Positions 1 through 10,508 are shown, counted from the stretch's first letter. The stretch is DNA of 64,000 nucleotides from Vulcanimicrobiota bacterium (GCA_019240525.1 JAFAYE010000001.1:33300-97299), one strand, 5' to 3'. Numbers and translations: made by a program. The notes: generated from the sequence alone by a model not told the origin.

Positions 1-619
1 AGTTCTGACTGCCCTGGACGAGCTCGATTTGGAGCCGGGGCGCGTTTCCGTCGTTCAAACCGATCATTATCTTGCGAGCATGACCGTTGACGAGATTTTC
101 AGACTGCTTCCAAAGCGACGCACAGCGACCGCGGCGATATTCAAGTCGGCGGGGCGAATGTGGGAGCGATTTACATCGCCGGATCCGGTCGAACTCGCAA
201 ACGCTGCTGGCGCCGATGCCATCGGGATGCCTTTCGCGCGTGGGGCGATGCAACGGCTCTGCGAAGAGTATCCGTGGAAGCACGATGGCCTCTCCCGCTC
301 GCAGCGACAGGCGCTCTACGCGGTCGCGCAAGGACCGGGACGTGCAGAGGAACTCTTTGCGCGCGCTCAAGCGCGCGAAGAGGCGCATTTCTTGGGGCAG
401 CGGCTCTTCGAGAGGATCCTCGCCGACCTGGCGAGCGGCGCCGCTGCATTGACGGAGGGAGAAGAGCCGATGCTCGTCCCCACCGCACTTGGTCGCCGCG
501 TACTTGCCGGTGATGCGGATTGGCTCGAAGCACACGTCATCGATCGCTGGGTCGGGGGCGTTCATTTGCGTCCCGATAATCTTACGCGTTGGGACGACGA
601 TGCCGGTCGTTTCGCCTGA
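1..619 (+). CDS. Hypothetical protein, tentatively DUF1835/DUF3658-like; 5' end lies upstream of the window
   Basis: The frame is open from base 2, and the TTG at 29 is only the first start codon inside the window. The helical C-terminal region (LSRSQRQALYAV...FLGQRLFERIL...DRWVGG) resembles DUF1835-family proteins from memory. No search was run. Confidence 0.4.
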   Translation, partial: VLTALDELDLEPGRVSVVQTDHYLASMTVDEIFRLLPKRRTATAAIFKSAGRMWERFTSPDPVELANAAGADAIGMPFARGAMQRLCEEYPWKHDGLSRSQRQALYAVAQGPGRAEELFARAQAREEAHFLGQRLFERILADLASGAAALTEGEEPMLVPTALGRRVLAGDADWLEAHVIDRWVGGVHLRPDNLTRWDDDAGRFA

Positions 620-657
620 GTAAGCTTGATTCAAGGCCCAGGGCCACCGTGACGCGA

Positions 658-1044
658 ATGGACCGCGGCGAGATGACGCACGACGAGTTGAATATTGACC
701 TCAAGAGCGAAGATGGCGGCACGCTTGTCTTTAGGCTGCGTGGAAGTCTCGATCTCGCCACGGCTCCGACCGTCAGGGCCGCCTTGGCCGATGCGACCGA
801 GAAGGGCAATCAAGAACTGATCGTCGATCTCACGGCCCTCGAGTTTCTCGACTCGACCGGTCTGGGCGTGCTCATTGGCGCGCATCGCCGAGCGGCCGAA
901 CGCGGGGGCTCATTTCGTTTGATCGTGGCGGACGGACCGATCTCGCGTCTGCTCAATATCACGGGGTTGATCGCGGTGTTCGCCGTCTACCATTCGATCG
1001 AAGACGCGCGGAGCGATCGAAGCCGCGTGAACGCGACAATTTAG
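658..1044 (+). CDS. STAS-domain anti-sigma-factor antagonist (SpoIIAA/RsbV-like)
   Basis: Shows the typical STAS pattern: LVFRLRGSLDLATAPTVRAAL...ELIVDLTALEFLDSTGLGVLIGAHRRA...RLIVADGPISRLLNITGL. I prefer the ATG at 658 (MDRGEMTHDEL) over the track start at 589. No partner kinase or anti-sigma factor lies in the window. Confidence 0.8.
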   Translation: MDRGEMTHDELNIDLKSEDGGTLVFRLRGSLDLATAPTVRAALADATEKGNQELIVDLTALEFLDSTGLGVLIGAHRRAAERGGSFRLIVADGPISRLLNITGLIAVFAVYHSIEDARSDRSRVNATI

Positions 1045-2357
1045 GAAATCTCGCGATAGGCCTCGTCGAGCAGCTCGACGACGTGCTTGACCGACGCGCG
1101 ATAGCCGGCATCGCGCAGACCCGCAGCGACCTGAAGCGCGCACCCCGGATTCGCGGTTACGACGACCGTTGCGCCCGTTTGCACGATCGCCCCAACCTTG
1201 CGGCGTTGGAGGCGCGAGGCCATCTCGGGTTGGGTCAAGTTGTAAAGGCCCGCGCTTCCGCAGCAGACGGCACTCTCCCCCATCTCGATCAGGCGTAGCC
1301 CGGGAATGCGTGCCAGTAGCCGGCGCGGCGCGCCGCAGATGCGTTGTGCGTGCACCAAGTGACAGGGCTCCTGATAGGTCGCGTTTGCGTCGATCGGGCG
1401 CATAGGGTCGCCAAGATCGAGCGCGTCGAGTACTTCGGTTACGTCGCGCACGCGACTTGAAAAATTGGCCGCCCGTCGTGCCCACTGCTCGTCGCCAGCG
1501 AGAAGTTCGCCATACTCCTTGAGCGTGCTGCCGCAGCCCGCCGCATTGACGACATAGACGTCGGCGGCGCTGCGTTCGAAGGCGGCGATATTGCGCTTCG
1601 CGAGCTCGCGCGCGAACTCAATCTCGCCCGCGTGTAGCGCGATCGCTCCGCAACATCCCTGCCCGCTGCCGACGATCGTCGACAAGCCGCCGCGCCGCAA
1701 CATTCGCACCGTCGCGCGGTGCACGTGAGCGAACGCAAACGGCATGATGCACCCCGCATGGAGAAATGCCACACCCTGCGCAGCGTCGGCCTCGAATCGC
1801 TGGTCGTGGGCCGTGAAAAAGTCGTCGGAAATTGTTGGTGCAAGCTCTGCGGTACGCCCCCATCCAAACAATTTGGCCACGGATATCAATCGCGTCCGTT
1901 GCGCAAAACGAAGTAGTACGGCGACGGCGCGCAGAGTCTCAATCCGCGCAAAGAGCGCGCGCAGGCCGAAGCGTTGCAGCCGCTCCCGCGGCGTGTCGGC
2001 GGGCCGCTGCGTTTGCCGAATTTGGACGCGGGCCTTTTCGACCAGCTGACCATAGCGAACGCCGGAGGGACAGATCGCCTCGCAGGCTCGGCAGTCCAGA
2101 CATTGCCACATCTGCTCGACAAAACCGGCACTTCTCACGTCGAGCCGTGACTCGCCGACCGCTTTGATCAGACTAATGCGGCCGCGCGGTCCCGACGTTT
2201 CTGTCATAGTCTCCAAATAGGTTGGACACGACGGCAAGCAGAGACCGCAGCGAATGCAGGTGTCGTAGATCGATGCATCGGGCTGGTCGGCTCCGCTGAA
2301 GCCCAGTAGCGCATGCTCGGTCATCGGCGTGCGCCTTTCGCCTTGAATGAACGACAC
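1041..2357 (-). CDS. glcF: (Fe-S)-binding protein, glycolate oxidase subunit GlcF-like (two 4Fe-4S motifs plus CCG domains)
   Basis: Carries two ferredoxin-type cluster motifs, [12 protein letters not shown] and [12 protein letters not shown]. The C-terminal half is cysteine-rich (HAGCIM, NAAGCGS, EPCHL, VCCGSAG). The start could also be the internal ATG at 2324 (MTEHALLG). No glcD or glcE is adjacent. Confidence 0.75.
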   Translation of the reverse strand: MSFIQGERRTPMTEHALLGFSGADQPDASIYDTCIRCGLCLPSCPTYLETMTETSGPRGRISLIKAVGESRLDVRSAGFVEQMWQCLDCRACEAICPSGVRYGQLVEKARVQIRQTQRPADTPRERLQRFGLRALFARIETLRAVAVLLRFAQRTRLISVAKLFGWGRTAELAPTISDDFFTAHDQRFEADAAQGVAFLHAGCIMPFAFAHVHRATVRMLRRGGLSTIVGSGQGCCGAIALHAGEIEFARELAKRNIAAFERSAADVYVVNAAGCGSTLKEYGELLAGDEQWARRAANFSSRVRDVTEVLDALDLGDPMRPIDANATYQEPCHLVHAQRICGAPRRLLARIPGLRLIEMGESAVCCGSAGLYNLTQPEMASRLQRRKVGAIVQTGATVVVTANPGCALQVAAGLRDAGYRASVKHVVELLDEAYREIS

Positions 2358-2380
2358 TTCTGCTGACGAACGGAGGCACC

Positions 2381-3376
2381 GTGAAAAAACGAGTGAGGGT
2401 AGCCGTCACCGGTGCGGCCGGACAGATCGGTTACGCATTGATCTTTCGAGTGGCTTCGGGGCAAATGTTCGGAACCGATACCGAGCTGGAACTCCGTTTG
2501 CTGGAGCTCGAAGGGGCCCTCGGCGCGCTACGGGGGGTCGCCATGGAACTGGAAGATTGCGCTTTCCCGCTGCTCAAAGACGTTTGGCACGGATCGGATG
2601 TGAACGAAGCGATGCAGGACGTCGATTGGGCGATTCTCGTGGGAGCGGTTCCACGCAAAGCCGGTATGGAACGCTCCGACCTGCTGCGCATCAATGGCGC
2701 TATATTTACCGAGCAAGGCCGCGCGATCAACGCGCACGCCGCCGATGACGTGGGCGTCTTCGTCGTCGGAAATCCCGCGAACACCAATTGCCTGATTGCA
2801 ATGAACAATGCGCCTCGGATTTCAAACGATCGGTTCTTTGCGATGACCACGCTCGACGAGTTGCGGGCTCGCGCCCAACTCGCGCGCAAGGCCACTGCAG
2901 ACGTCACCGACGTTTCCCGGCTGGTCGTGTGGGGAAATCATTCGACGACGCAATTTCCGCACTTCGAGCATGCGACGATCGGCGGTCGCGCGGCACGCGA
3001 TGCGATTGGAGACCAGGGTTGGCTCGAAAGCGAGTTTCTTTCAACGGTGCAGAATCGCGGCGCCGAGGTGATTAAGACGCGCGGAGCCTCCTCGGCGGCG
3101 TCCGCTGCAAATGCCGCCATCGTCGGCGTACACAACCTCACCCACGATACGCCGCCACACGAGTACTACTCCGTCGGTCGTTGTTCGCACGGTGAGTACG
3201 GCGTCGATCCCGGATTGATCTTTTCGTTTCCCTCGCGGACCGAAAATGGAGTCTCGCGGATCGTCGAAGGACTCGAGCATAGCGAGTTCGCGCGTGCGAA
3301 GCTGGCGGCTACGCTTGAGGAGCTACGCAAGGAGCGCGACGCGGTCAAAGAACTCGGCCTGATCCCCGCGAACTAG
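2381..3376 (+). CDS. mdh: Malate dehydrogenase
   Basis: 331 aa with the N-terminal Rossmann motif [15 protein letters not shown]. Length and sequence match type-2 (LDH-like, cytoplasmic-type) malate dehydrogenases. GTG start, preceded by GGAGG at 2372-2376. Confidence 0.93.
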   Translation: MKKRVRVAVTGAAGQIGYALIFRVASGQMFGTDTELELRLLELEGALGALRGVAMELEDCAFPLLKDVWHGSDVNEAMQDVDWAILVGAVPRKAGMERSDLLRINGAIFTEQGRAINAHAADDVGVFVVGNPANTNCLIAMNNAPRISNDRFFAMTTLDELRARAQLARKATADVTDVSRLVVWGNHSTTQFPHFEHATIGGRAARDAIGDQGWLESEFLSTVQNRGAEVIKTRGASSAASAANAAIVGVHNLTHDTPPHEYYSVGRCSHGEYGVDPGLIFSFPSRTENGVSRIVEGLEHSEFARAKLAATLEELRKERDAVKELGLIPAN

Positions 3377-3381
3377 GGAGC

Positions 3382-3846
3382 ATGAGCGGTCCGGGACGCG
3401 AGCCCTCCGAACTCGACCTCATCCACGTGAACGTTGCTTCGCGGGCTGGCGCTTACACGGTGGGCAGTGCGTCGTTCTTTCATTACATCTTGCGTTTGGG
3501 CGAATTCGGCCTCCCGCTCTCGCTTGCCGATCAAGAGGCCGTCAACGTCCTTGCCGCCGTGCCCCATGCGCTCGGCGCCCACGAAGAGGTGTCGCTCGTA
3601 TCGGGCCCCGGCTGGCGCGTGGTCCCTGCCCAAGGAGAACTCGATTGGCCGGTCCTCGAGGCGACGCCGGAGCGACTGCGCAGCGCACTGGAGCGCGCAC
3701 GCAGCATCTTGTGGACGCATGCAGCGCGCTTCTACGTTACCGCCCGCGAGATCGCCGCGATCGAGCGCGAACTCGATGAAGTCTATGGGGTGCTCATGCG
3801 CGCCGCCGCGGCCGGGGTCGCCGTTAACGTTTCCTACGTAGCCTAA
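3382..3846 (+). CDS. Hypothetical protein (154 aa), no recognisable domain
   Basis: Longest ORF in this interval. It runs in the same direction as mdh and the downstream glycosylase gene and is tightly packed between them. I recognise no motif. Confidence 0.45.
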   Translation: MSGPGREPSELDLIHVNVASRAGAYTVGSASFFHYILRLGEFGLPLSLADQEAVNVLAAVPHALGAHEEVSLVSGPGWRVVPAQGELDWPVLEATPERLRSALERARSILWTHAARFYVTAREIAAIERELDEVYGVLMRAAAAGVAVNVSYVA

Positions 3847-3856
3847 GCGTTCGCGG

Positions 3857-4726
3857 GTGAAAACTCTCTGCGAGCTGCCGCTGCGCGGTGCGGGCGGCGA
3901 GCCTATTTCGTTTCCGCGTACGATCTATTCGCATGGCTGCGCGGCGTTGCCGCCGGCAATCATCCAAGAGTCGCCTTTGGTCTACCGCCGTCGTCTTCGA
4001 ATCGCAAATCGCGTCGTCGAGATCGAACTGCGCGAGCGCGATGGCATGCTCGTCGCCGAAACGGCATCTCGGTTGAATGCCAGAGGATCCGCTTGCGTCC
4101 AGGCAGCCATCGCGAAAATGTTTCGCCTGCATGACGACCTTTCGCCATTTTACGCGCTCATCGCCGCCGACGACGCGCTGGGCTGGGCGGCAGCGGGCGC
4201 CGGGCGAATTCTGGCGAGCCCGACCGTCTTCGAAGACGTCGTCAAGACGATCTGCACCACGAACTGCGCCTGGTCGGCGACCGTTCGCATGACTACCGCG
4301 CTCGCCGCCCTGGGCGGGGGCGCCTTCCCCGAACCGGACCGGCTCGCCGAAACACCCGAACGCTGGTATCGGGACGTCGCGCGAATGGGCTATCGCGGAA
4401 GCTATGTCAGTGCGATTGCACGCGCTGTGGCGATTGGCGACCTCGATCTGGAAGCGTTGCTCGAACCCAGGCAACACGACGATGCAACGGTTGAAGCGCT
4501 GCTGCTCGCACTTCCCGGAATCGGGCCCTACGGCGCGGCACATGTGATGCAGCTGTTGGGTCGCCACCGGCCGCTGGTCCTGGATTCGTGGACGCGCCCG
4601 AAATATCGGCGTTTAGCCGGCAGAAAGCAGGCGAAAGATTCGACGATTCGCCGGGCCTTTGCGCGATACGGCGCGTACGCCGGGCTCGCATTTTGGCTCT
4701 TTCTGACGCGCGACTGGCTCGAATAG
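3857..4726 (+). CDS. HhH-GPD superfamily DNA glycosylase (AlkA / 3-methyladenine glycosylase II-like)
   Basis: Helix-hairpin-helix element LLLALPGIGPYGAAHVMQLLG, followed by an Asp-containing segment (PLVLDSWTR). Size and layout resemble the AlkA family. GTG start. Confidence 0.6.
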   Translation: MKTLCELPLRGAGGEPISFPRTIYSHGCAALPPAIIQESPLVYRRRLRIANRVVEIELRERDGMLVAETASRLNARGSACVQAAIAKMFRLHDDLSPFYALIAADDALGWAAAGAGRILASPTVFEDVVKTICTTNCAWSATVRMTTALAALGGGAFPEPDRLAETPERWYRDVARMGYRGSYVSAIARAVAIGDLDLEALLEPRQHDDATVEALLLALPGIGPYGAAHVMQLLGRHRPLVLDSWTRPKYRRLAGRKQAKDSTIRRAFARYGAYAGLAFWLFLTRDWLE

Positions 4727-4783
4727 GAAAACAGCATCTCCATCGAACAGGGCAGGCGCACGCTCGTGGGATAAGTTCCCCCG

Positions 4784-7700
4784 ATGCGGTTGCTCAAATC
4801 GATTCTCGTTGCGGCGATGGTCGCCACATTACCAGTACCGGGCCCAGCCGGCACAACCGGAGGGATTACCGGACGGGTGGTTGAGGCGCGCTCGAACGCG
4901 CCCATCCAGGGCGTATTCGTCACTGCCACGTCCCCGTCGCAGAGCGCACGATCGGTGACCGATGCGACCGGCACGTTCCGCTTTCTTTCGCTTGCGCCCG
5001 ACACGTACACGCTCTCGTTTAGCAAAGACGGCTTCGATCCGGTTACGCAGCCCGGGCTGACGGTTGTCGCCGACCAGGTGCAAACCTATAACGCGTCGCT
5101 CGTGCGCGCGTTGCGAACGATCGCGCGCGTTACCGCGCAATCTGCCGCTGCTCTCGTCAAACCAGGACAGACCAGCGACGTTTACTCGATCAATGCCGCG
5201 GGGCAACAGGCGCGCCAGGGCGTCGCTGGTCCCGGGAGCTTGAACAACGCCTACGGAGCAATTGCAACCGTGCCGGGAGTGCAGCTGGATCCGGGTGAGG
5301 TCGGATGGTGGCAGACTCTTCACGTCCGTGGCGGCGACATCGATCAGGTTGGCTACGAGTTCGACGGGATTCCAACCAATCGGGCGTACGACAACGCGCC
5401 GCAGACAATGCTTTCGACCTTGGGAAGTCAGGAAGTCCAGGTTTACACCGGCGGCGTCCCAGCGAGTTCCGACGCCCAGGGAATCTCCGGCTACGTCAAC
5501 CAGGTGGTCAAAACCGGCACGTCGCCCGGATACGCCGACGTAAATCTCGGAGTCGGCTATCCCACCTTTTACCATCAGGCGTCGGTCGAAGCGGGAGGAT
5601 CAACGCCCGACCGGCTCTTCAGTTACTACGTCGGCATCGGCGGCAGCGATCAGGCATTTCGCTACGTCAACAATAACAACGGCTCGAACATTCCCAACTC
5701 ATTCTTCTATCCGACCAGCGCGGTCCCCGGATATACTTGCGGAACCTCGACCTGCAGCGCGCTGCCGTATTCAAACGGTTACGTGTACACTGGGGCGCCG
5801 TCACCCGTGCTCTTCACGACGGGTTTGGGATTCTCTCTGGCAACGCAGTCGCTACGCGACACCCTGCTCAACTTTCATTTTGGTATCCCGCAGCACAACG
5901 GTCTACGCGACGACGTCCAGGCTCTCTTTATGACGAGCGAGAATCTCAATCAATATTACAGCTCGATCGATGATTTCGGCGCGAACACGCTCTTCGCACT
6001 CTATGGCCCGCTCACGTGGGACGATTCGTATCAGTACAAGGGCGCGCCGTTCCAGCCGTTTCGGCCGCAAGACGTCTATAAGTACATGTTTCCATCGAGC
6101 CCCCCGCACGCATTTCAAGGCCTATTGCCCGACAATATTCGCGATCCCAACGATAACGGGGTCGCCATCGAAAAGCTGCAGTATCAGCACGAATTTTCGC
6201 CATCCTCGTATCTTCGGGCCTACGGCTATGTCGAATATTCCAACTGGGACATCAACGGGTATAACTCCGACGCGCAGCCGTACTACGGCTGGGAGCTCCC
6301 ATATTTTCTGCCGGATCATACCCACGGCTTTGCCTTGAGTTACGTCAATCAACTCAACGATCAGCACCTGCTCAGCGTCACCGGATCGTATACGTATTCG
6401 AACATGCAGCGCTACTTCGTGACCTTTTTTCCTTCGGACTGGAACGTTACGAGTTACGTTGGTAAGAACGGCAAGTGCTACGATCCGTCGACGGGCGACC
6501 AAATCGGGTGTTACGATCAAACGCAGGGCACGCTGACCAATCCCGAACCTCCGGTGACGTACTCGTGCAAGACGAGCCCGAAGCTGCCGGCGTGCGCTCC
6601 CGGAATCAACCCGCAGTGGCTCGTCACCGATACCTTCGAACAGGGCAATCAGGGCCTCAATCAGGTCGCGGCAGCGCTCAGTGGCTACTCTGTAAACGAC
6701 CAGTGGCGACCCGACGACAAGCTCGACGTCAATCTGGGTCTGCGCATCGAAAATTTCACGTATGATTTCGGAGATACGAGCCCCGACAATCCTGCGCGCC
6801 AGTTCTGGTTCAACGCTTATAACGCCGAGTTCTGTTTTGCGCCTGGGGTCAACAACAATAAACCGATCGATCGAACCAATAGCGGGATAGGCGCCTGTCC
6901 GGTCGTCGGCGGCGTCCAGACCGTTCCCTTAGCGAATTCGCCGTACGGGCCTCTGGTAAACTCCAGCGGCGGCTCGTACGCGACGGCTCGATTTCAACCT
7001 CGGTTAGGGCTAACGTACACCGTCGATCCCGGTGACGTGCTTCGAGGATCGTTCGGCGTGTACGCGCGGCCGCCAAACTCATCGTGGGTGCAGTACAATA
7101 CGATCGACGAGAATTTGCCGGCGTTTCTAGGCAATCACTTCTACGGATACGGGTTCAACACGCCCGACCACCTGATTCGGCCCGACACCTCGTACAATTA
7201 CGATCTCTCCTGGGAGCATCGCGTCAAAGGGACCGATTGGAGTTTCAAGCTGAGCCCGTTTTTCCGAGCGACGCGGGACCAGTTGCAAAACTTTTATATC
7301 GATCCGCAAGGCGGCCTCGAATCGGGCCTGAACGTCGGCAGCCAGCAGAGCAGCGGCGTCGAGTTCGCGCTGCAAAAGGGGGATCTGTCGCGCGATGGCT
7401 TGAGCGGGCAGCTGTCGTTCACATACATTCACAGTCAGATCAGGTATCAAAACTTTACGAATACCAACCAAAACGTCATCGATCAGCTCAATGGCTACAT
7501 CCTCGCCTACGACGCGTTCTTGAAAGGCCACGGCGGCTTTCCGTGCTACTTTTACGAATCGTCAGGTGGAGCGGGAACGACGAACTGCAAACAGCGCGGC
7601 GTGGTTGCCAATCCATACTACAACCAGCCGTACCAAAACCCGCTCTCACCGATGGCGTGGTATACGACCTACGACGTCATTCCTGGTCCGGCCGCCGCTG

Positions 7701-8302
7701 CGAACGGCTATGCCGTGCCTTACGTCGCAACGTTGCTGTTGAACTATAAGCATCAGCGCTTGACGGTGACCAACTTTTGGAACTTCAACTCGGGTGCATC
7801 CTATGGCGCACCGACCGCGTGGCCCGGGTTTAATCCGCAGTCGTGCTACGCGCCCCCGGCGGCGTGGCTTGCGGCCCACGGCAGAGCGGCGGATCCGGCA
7901 TCCTGCGATGACTTCGGAACCTTGCCACTCTTCATACCGGATCCCTACACCAATGGCTACGATAACCTGGGCGCCTTCAAGGAGCCGTGGCAGCTACAAA
8001 TGGGGTTCAACTTCAATTACGAAGTCAGCCCGCGAATCACCGCGCGCCTCAACTTCAGCAACCTGCTGGACATTTGCGGACAGCGCGGGTATCAGTGGGA
8101 TAATCCCTCGGTGTGCGTCTACGGTTCGCTGCCGACCAACTTCCTGTATCCCGCCGGCAACTTCTATCCCAACTCGGTCTCTTCGCGGCCGCCGCCGCAG
8201 TTGCAGTACCCGTATTCATTCTGGTTCAACGGCAACAACACGGGTTTTTTGGGCGTCGTGCAACCGCTGCAAGTGACCGGCTCGGTGACGTTCAAACTCT
8301 AG
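4784..8302 (+). CDS. Large outer-membrane protein: CarboxypepD_reg-like N-terminal domain plus TonB-dependent-receptor-type plug and barrel (1172 aa)
   Basis: Signal peptide MRLLKSILVAAMVATLPVPG. The carboxypeptidase-regulatory-like fold signature is GRVVEARSNAPIQGVFVTATS...TDATGTFRFLSLAPDTYTLSFSKDGF. A plug-like region follows (VQLDPGEVGWWQTLHVRGGDIDQVGYEFDGIP), then a long Tyr/Asn/Gly-rich beta-strand region. Confidence 0.75.
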   Translation: MRLLKSILVAAMVATLPVPGPAGTTGGITGRVVEARSNAPIQGVFVTATSPSQSARSVTDATGTFRFLSLAPDTYTLSFSKDGFDPVTQPGLTVVADQVQTYNASLVRALRTIARVTAQSAAALVKPGQTSDVYSINAAGQQARQGVAGPGSLNNAYGAIATVPGVQLDPGEVGWWQTLHVRGGDIDQVGYEFDGIPTNRAYDNAPQTMLSTLGSQEVQVYTGGVPASSDAQGISGYVNQVVKTGTSPGYADVNLGVGYPTFYHQASVEAGGSTPDRLFSYYVGIGGSDQAFRYVNNNNGSNIPNSFFYPTSAVPGYTCGTSTCSALPYSNGYVYTGAPSPVLFTTGLGFSLATQSLRDTLLNFHFGIPQHNGLRDDVQALFMTSENLNQYYSSIDDFGANTLFALYGPLTWDDSYQYKGAPFQPFRPQDVYKYMFPSSPPHAFQGLLPDNIRDPNDNGVAIEKLQYQHEFSPSSYLRAYGYVEYSNWDINGYNSDAQPYYGWELPYFLPDHTHGFALSYVNQLNDQHLLSVTGSYTYSNMQRYFVTFFPSDWNVTSYVGKNGKCYDPSTGDQIGCYDQTQGTLTNPEPPVTYSCKTSPKLPACAPGINPQWLVTDTFEQGNQGLNQVAAALSGYSVNDQWRPDDKLDVNLGLRIENFTYDFGDTSPDNPARQFWFNAYNAEFCFAPGVNNNKPIDRTNSGIGACPVVGGVQTVPLANSPYGPLVNSSGGSYATARFQPRLGLTYTVDPGDVLRGSFGVYARPPNSSWVQYNTIDENLPAFLGNHFYGYGFNTPDHLIRPDTSYNYDLSWEHRVKGTDWSFKLSPFFRATRDQLQNFYIDPQGGLESGLNVGSQQSSGVEFALQKGDLSRDGLSGQLSFTYIHSQIRYQNFTNTNQNVIDQLNGYILAYDAFLKGHGGFPCYFYESSGGAGTTNCKQRGVVANPYYNQPYQNPLSPMAWYTTYDVIPGPAAAANGYAVPYVATLLLNYKHQRLTVTNFWNFNSGASYGAPTAWPGFNPQSCYAPPAAWLAAHGRAADPASCDDFGTLPLFIPDPYTNGYDNLGAFKEPWQLQMGFNFNYEVSPRITARLNFSNLLDICGQRGYQWDNPSVCVYGSLPTNFLYPAGNFYPNSVSSRPPPQLQYPYSFWFNGNNTGFLGVVQPLQVTGSVTFKL

Positions 8303-8332
8303 CGAAGAACATCGTTGGGGGCCGCGGCCGTT

Positions 8333-9544
8333 CTAGCCTACGGCCCACAGCCACAGTACGCTGACGCCGATCGTTGCGGGCACCACCAGTGCACCCAAAC
8401 GCGCGTACTCGGCAAGCGTGATGCGAACGCCGTAACCGCGAACGATCGAGAGCCACAGAATCGTCGCAAGCGAACCGCTCGTAACCAGGTTCGGGCCAGC
8501 GTCGACGCCGACGATGAGAGGATAGGCGATTTGCGGCGAGCTCACGTGGGCGACGATCGTAGATGCGGCAACCGCGATCGGGAGATTGTTGAAGACGTTC
8601 GAAAGCAGCGCCGCGCCCGCGGCCGCAATGACGGTGACGACGAGGTCGCCATAGCGAAGAACCCCTCCGATTTCTGCGAGTACGAAGTTCACGAATCCGG
8701 CTCGAGTAACCGCGTCGAGCAGTACGAAGAGGGCGAGCAGCAGAGCGAGGTTTTTCCAGGAAACGTGCGAGCCCACGTCCCGCAGTTCGGTGCCGGATGC
8801 GGCAACGGTCAGCACCGCGCCGCACATGGCGACCGGGCCCAACGGCCAATGAAGAATCAAGGCAACAATATACGCTGCAGCAACGCCGCTCATCGCGTAC
8901 AACGCCCGGCGTTGCCGCATATTGGGTGCGTTGAGGTCGACCGGGCCAAAATGGCCGCGTAACTCGCGGCGGAAGAAGAAGAGGAAGATCGCGAGCGTCA
9001 GCGCGATAGCGGCCAGTTCGGGCGGTCCGAGATGCCACAGATAGGGGATCAGTCGCGCATGCGGCAGGATCAGCACGTTGGCGGGATTCGAAAACGGCAA
9101 CCCAAACGATGCCACGTTGGCCACGAAGACGCTCGCATACAAGAAGGGCTTCACGGCAACTCCCCGATCGGAGACGGCGCGATAGACGACTGGAGTGAGC
9201 GCGATTGCCGTCGCATCGTTCGAAAGCAAAATCGTTACGAGCGAACACGCGACGAAGAGCAAGGTGAAGAGCCGGCGGCGCGAACCGCGCGCTCGATGCA
9301 GCACAAGGTCCGCGATCCATTGAAAAGCACCGCTTCGATCGGCTGCCGCTGAGATGCCCATCAATCCAAAGATGAAGAGCACCACGTTCCACTGCCGGAT
9401 CATCGCGCTCAGCGCGCCGTCGAGCGGCTCGTTCCCGATGGCGACGAGCAGCAACGCGCCGCAGACCGGCCAAATCCAGCCGGCGACGCGCCACGGACGC
9501 AGCGCGAGCAAGACGATCGCCCCCGCGGCGACCGCCAAGGCCAA
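8333..9544 (-). CDS. ArsB/NhaD-superfamily permease (arsenite or anion transporter-like)
   Basis: 403 aa, polytopic and hydrophobic throughout. The N-terminal region (LFIFGLMGISAAADRSGAFQWIA...LLSNDATAIALTPVV) is typical of ArsB/NhaD permeases. The overlapping 8292..9494 ORF in another frame is Arg-rich and is treated as a shadow ORF. Confidence 0.75.
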   Translation of the reverse strand: MALAVAAGAIVLLALRPWRVAGWIWPVCGALLLVAIGNEPLDGALSAMIRQWNVVLFIFGLMGISAAADRSGAFQWIADLVLHRARGSRRRLFTLLFVACSLVTILLSNDATAIALTPVVYRAVSDRGVAVKPFLYASVFVANVASFGLPFSNPANVLILPHARLIPYLWHLGPPELAAIALTLAIFLFFFRRELRGHFGPVDLNAPNMRQRRALYAMSGVAAAYIVALILHWPLGPVAMCGAVLTVAASGTELRDVGSHVSWKNLALLLALFVLLDAVTRAGFVNFVLAEIGGVLRYGDLVVTVIAAAGAALLSNVFNNLPIAVAASTIVAHVSSPQIAYPLIVGVDAGPNLVTSGSLATILWLSIVRGYGVRITLAEYARLGALVVPATIGVSVLWLWAVG

Positions 9545-9551
9545 CCCGTGG

Positions 9552-10508
9552 TTAGCGATATTCTTCTATACGGTCGCGCGGATGGGCTTCGTCGTAAGCA
9601 CGCCGTTTGTGTCCCATCGCCAACTGCAGATAGATGCCGGTTGTGGCGAGACTCTCGTGGCCGAGCAGTTCGCGCACGGTTTCGAGGTCGACTCCGTTTT
9701 CGACGAGGTGGGTCGCGAAGGAATGCCGCAGCGTGTGCGGCGTCGCATGCTTCGTAATTCCGCTGACGCGATACACGGCGCGAAAGATTCGCCAAACGTG
9801 CTTGGGGGTTAATCCTTTGCCTCCGCGCCCGAGGAAGAGTCGCGGATCGGCGCTGCGCGGTCTCACCCGAAGATAGGCCGCGATGGCGTCGGCGGCCGTG
9901 CGATTGATCACCACCATCCGCTCTTTATTGCCTTTGCCGGTGACGCAAATCGTTCGTTCCGTTAGATCGACCGCGGCCAGGCGTACGCCGGCGAGCTCGG
10001 CCCGCCGCATGCCGCTGGCATAGAAGAGCTCCATGATCGCCGTGTCCCGCAGGCGCGCCTCGTCGGTGCGGCCGGCGAGCGTCGTGCGCAGCAGGGCGAT
10101 CACCTCGTCGACCTTGAGCGGCGCGGGCCGCTTCTTGGCAATCGAGGGCCCGGGAATCGCAGCCGCCGGGTCGTTCTCGAGGACGCCCGTAATTTTTAAG
10201 AACCGATAGAGCGCGCGGATCGACGAGAGCTTCCGGCAGACGGTCCGGCTGTCGTAGCCACGGGCATCGAACATGTGCGCGATGTACTGGCGGATCTGCG
10301 ACGGCTTCACGGCCGCTAGTTCTGCGATATCCTGGGTGCGCCGCAGAAACGCGCTGAACTCCCCCAGATCGCGCTCGTAGGCGGCAACCGTCAGCGGGCT
10401 GCGCTTGCGCTCGCTCAGCAGATATCCGCGCAGATCCGCGACCAACGGATCGGAGGCCCCTGCGGCTGCCGGCTGGGGCGCCTTCTTTAGGCGGGGTGAA
10501 TGCGACAT
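9552..10508 (-). CDS. Site-specific tyrosine recombinase, XerC/XerD family
   Basis: N-terminal SAM-like domain (LTVAAYERDLGEFSAFL). The catalytic domain carries the R...HxLRH..AT.L...G.....LGH....T..Y pattern: ATPHTLRHSFATHLVENGVDLETVRELLGHESLATTGIYLQL. Confidence 0.85.
   Translation of the reverse strand: MSHSPRLKKAPQPAAAGASDPLVADLRGYLLSERKRSPLTVAAYERDLGEFSAFLRRTQDIAELAAVKPSQIRQYIAHMFDARGYDSRTVCRKLSSIRALYRFLKITGVLENDPAAAIPGPSIAKKRPAPLKVDEVIALLRTTLAGRTDEARLRDTAIMELFYASGMRRAELAGVRLAAVDLTERTICVTGKGNKERMVVINRTAADAIAAYLRVRPRSADPRLFLGRGGKGLTPKHVWRIFRAVYRVSGITKHATPHTLRHSFATHLVENGVDLETVRELLGHESLATTGIYLQLAMGHKRRAYDEAHPRDRIEEYR

Noticed and set aside
658-1044. The STAS protein as the missing MlaB partner of the Mla system.
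   Set aside because: It lies 15 kb away on the opposite strand and has the classic anti-sigma-antagonist sequence context. Nothing links it to mlaFE.
4727-4783. A cobalamin or other riboswitch upstream of the TonB-dependent-type receptor.
   Set aside because: The 57-nt gap is too short for any known riboswitch aptamer.
8320-8329. The palindrome GGCCGCGGCC between the convergent outer-membrane-protein and permease genes, as a bidirectional terminator.
   Set aside because: It is a perfect palindrome without a loop and with at most a 4-bp usable stem. There is no U-tract on either strand.
9552-10508. The tyrosine recombinase as a marker of an integrated mobile element or genomic island.
   Set aside because: The sequence has XerC/XerD housekeeping-type N- and C-terminal motifs. 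No flanking tRNA, direct repeats, phage or transposon genes are present, and the neighbours are ordinary chromosomal genes.
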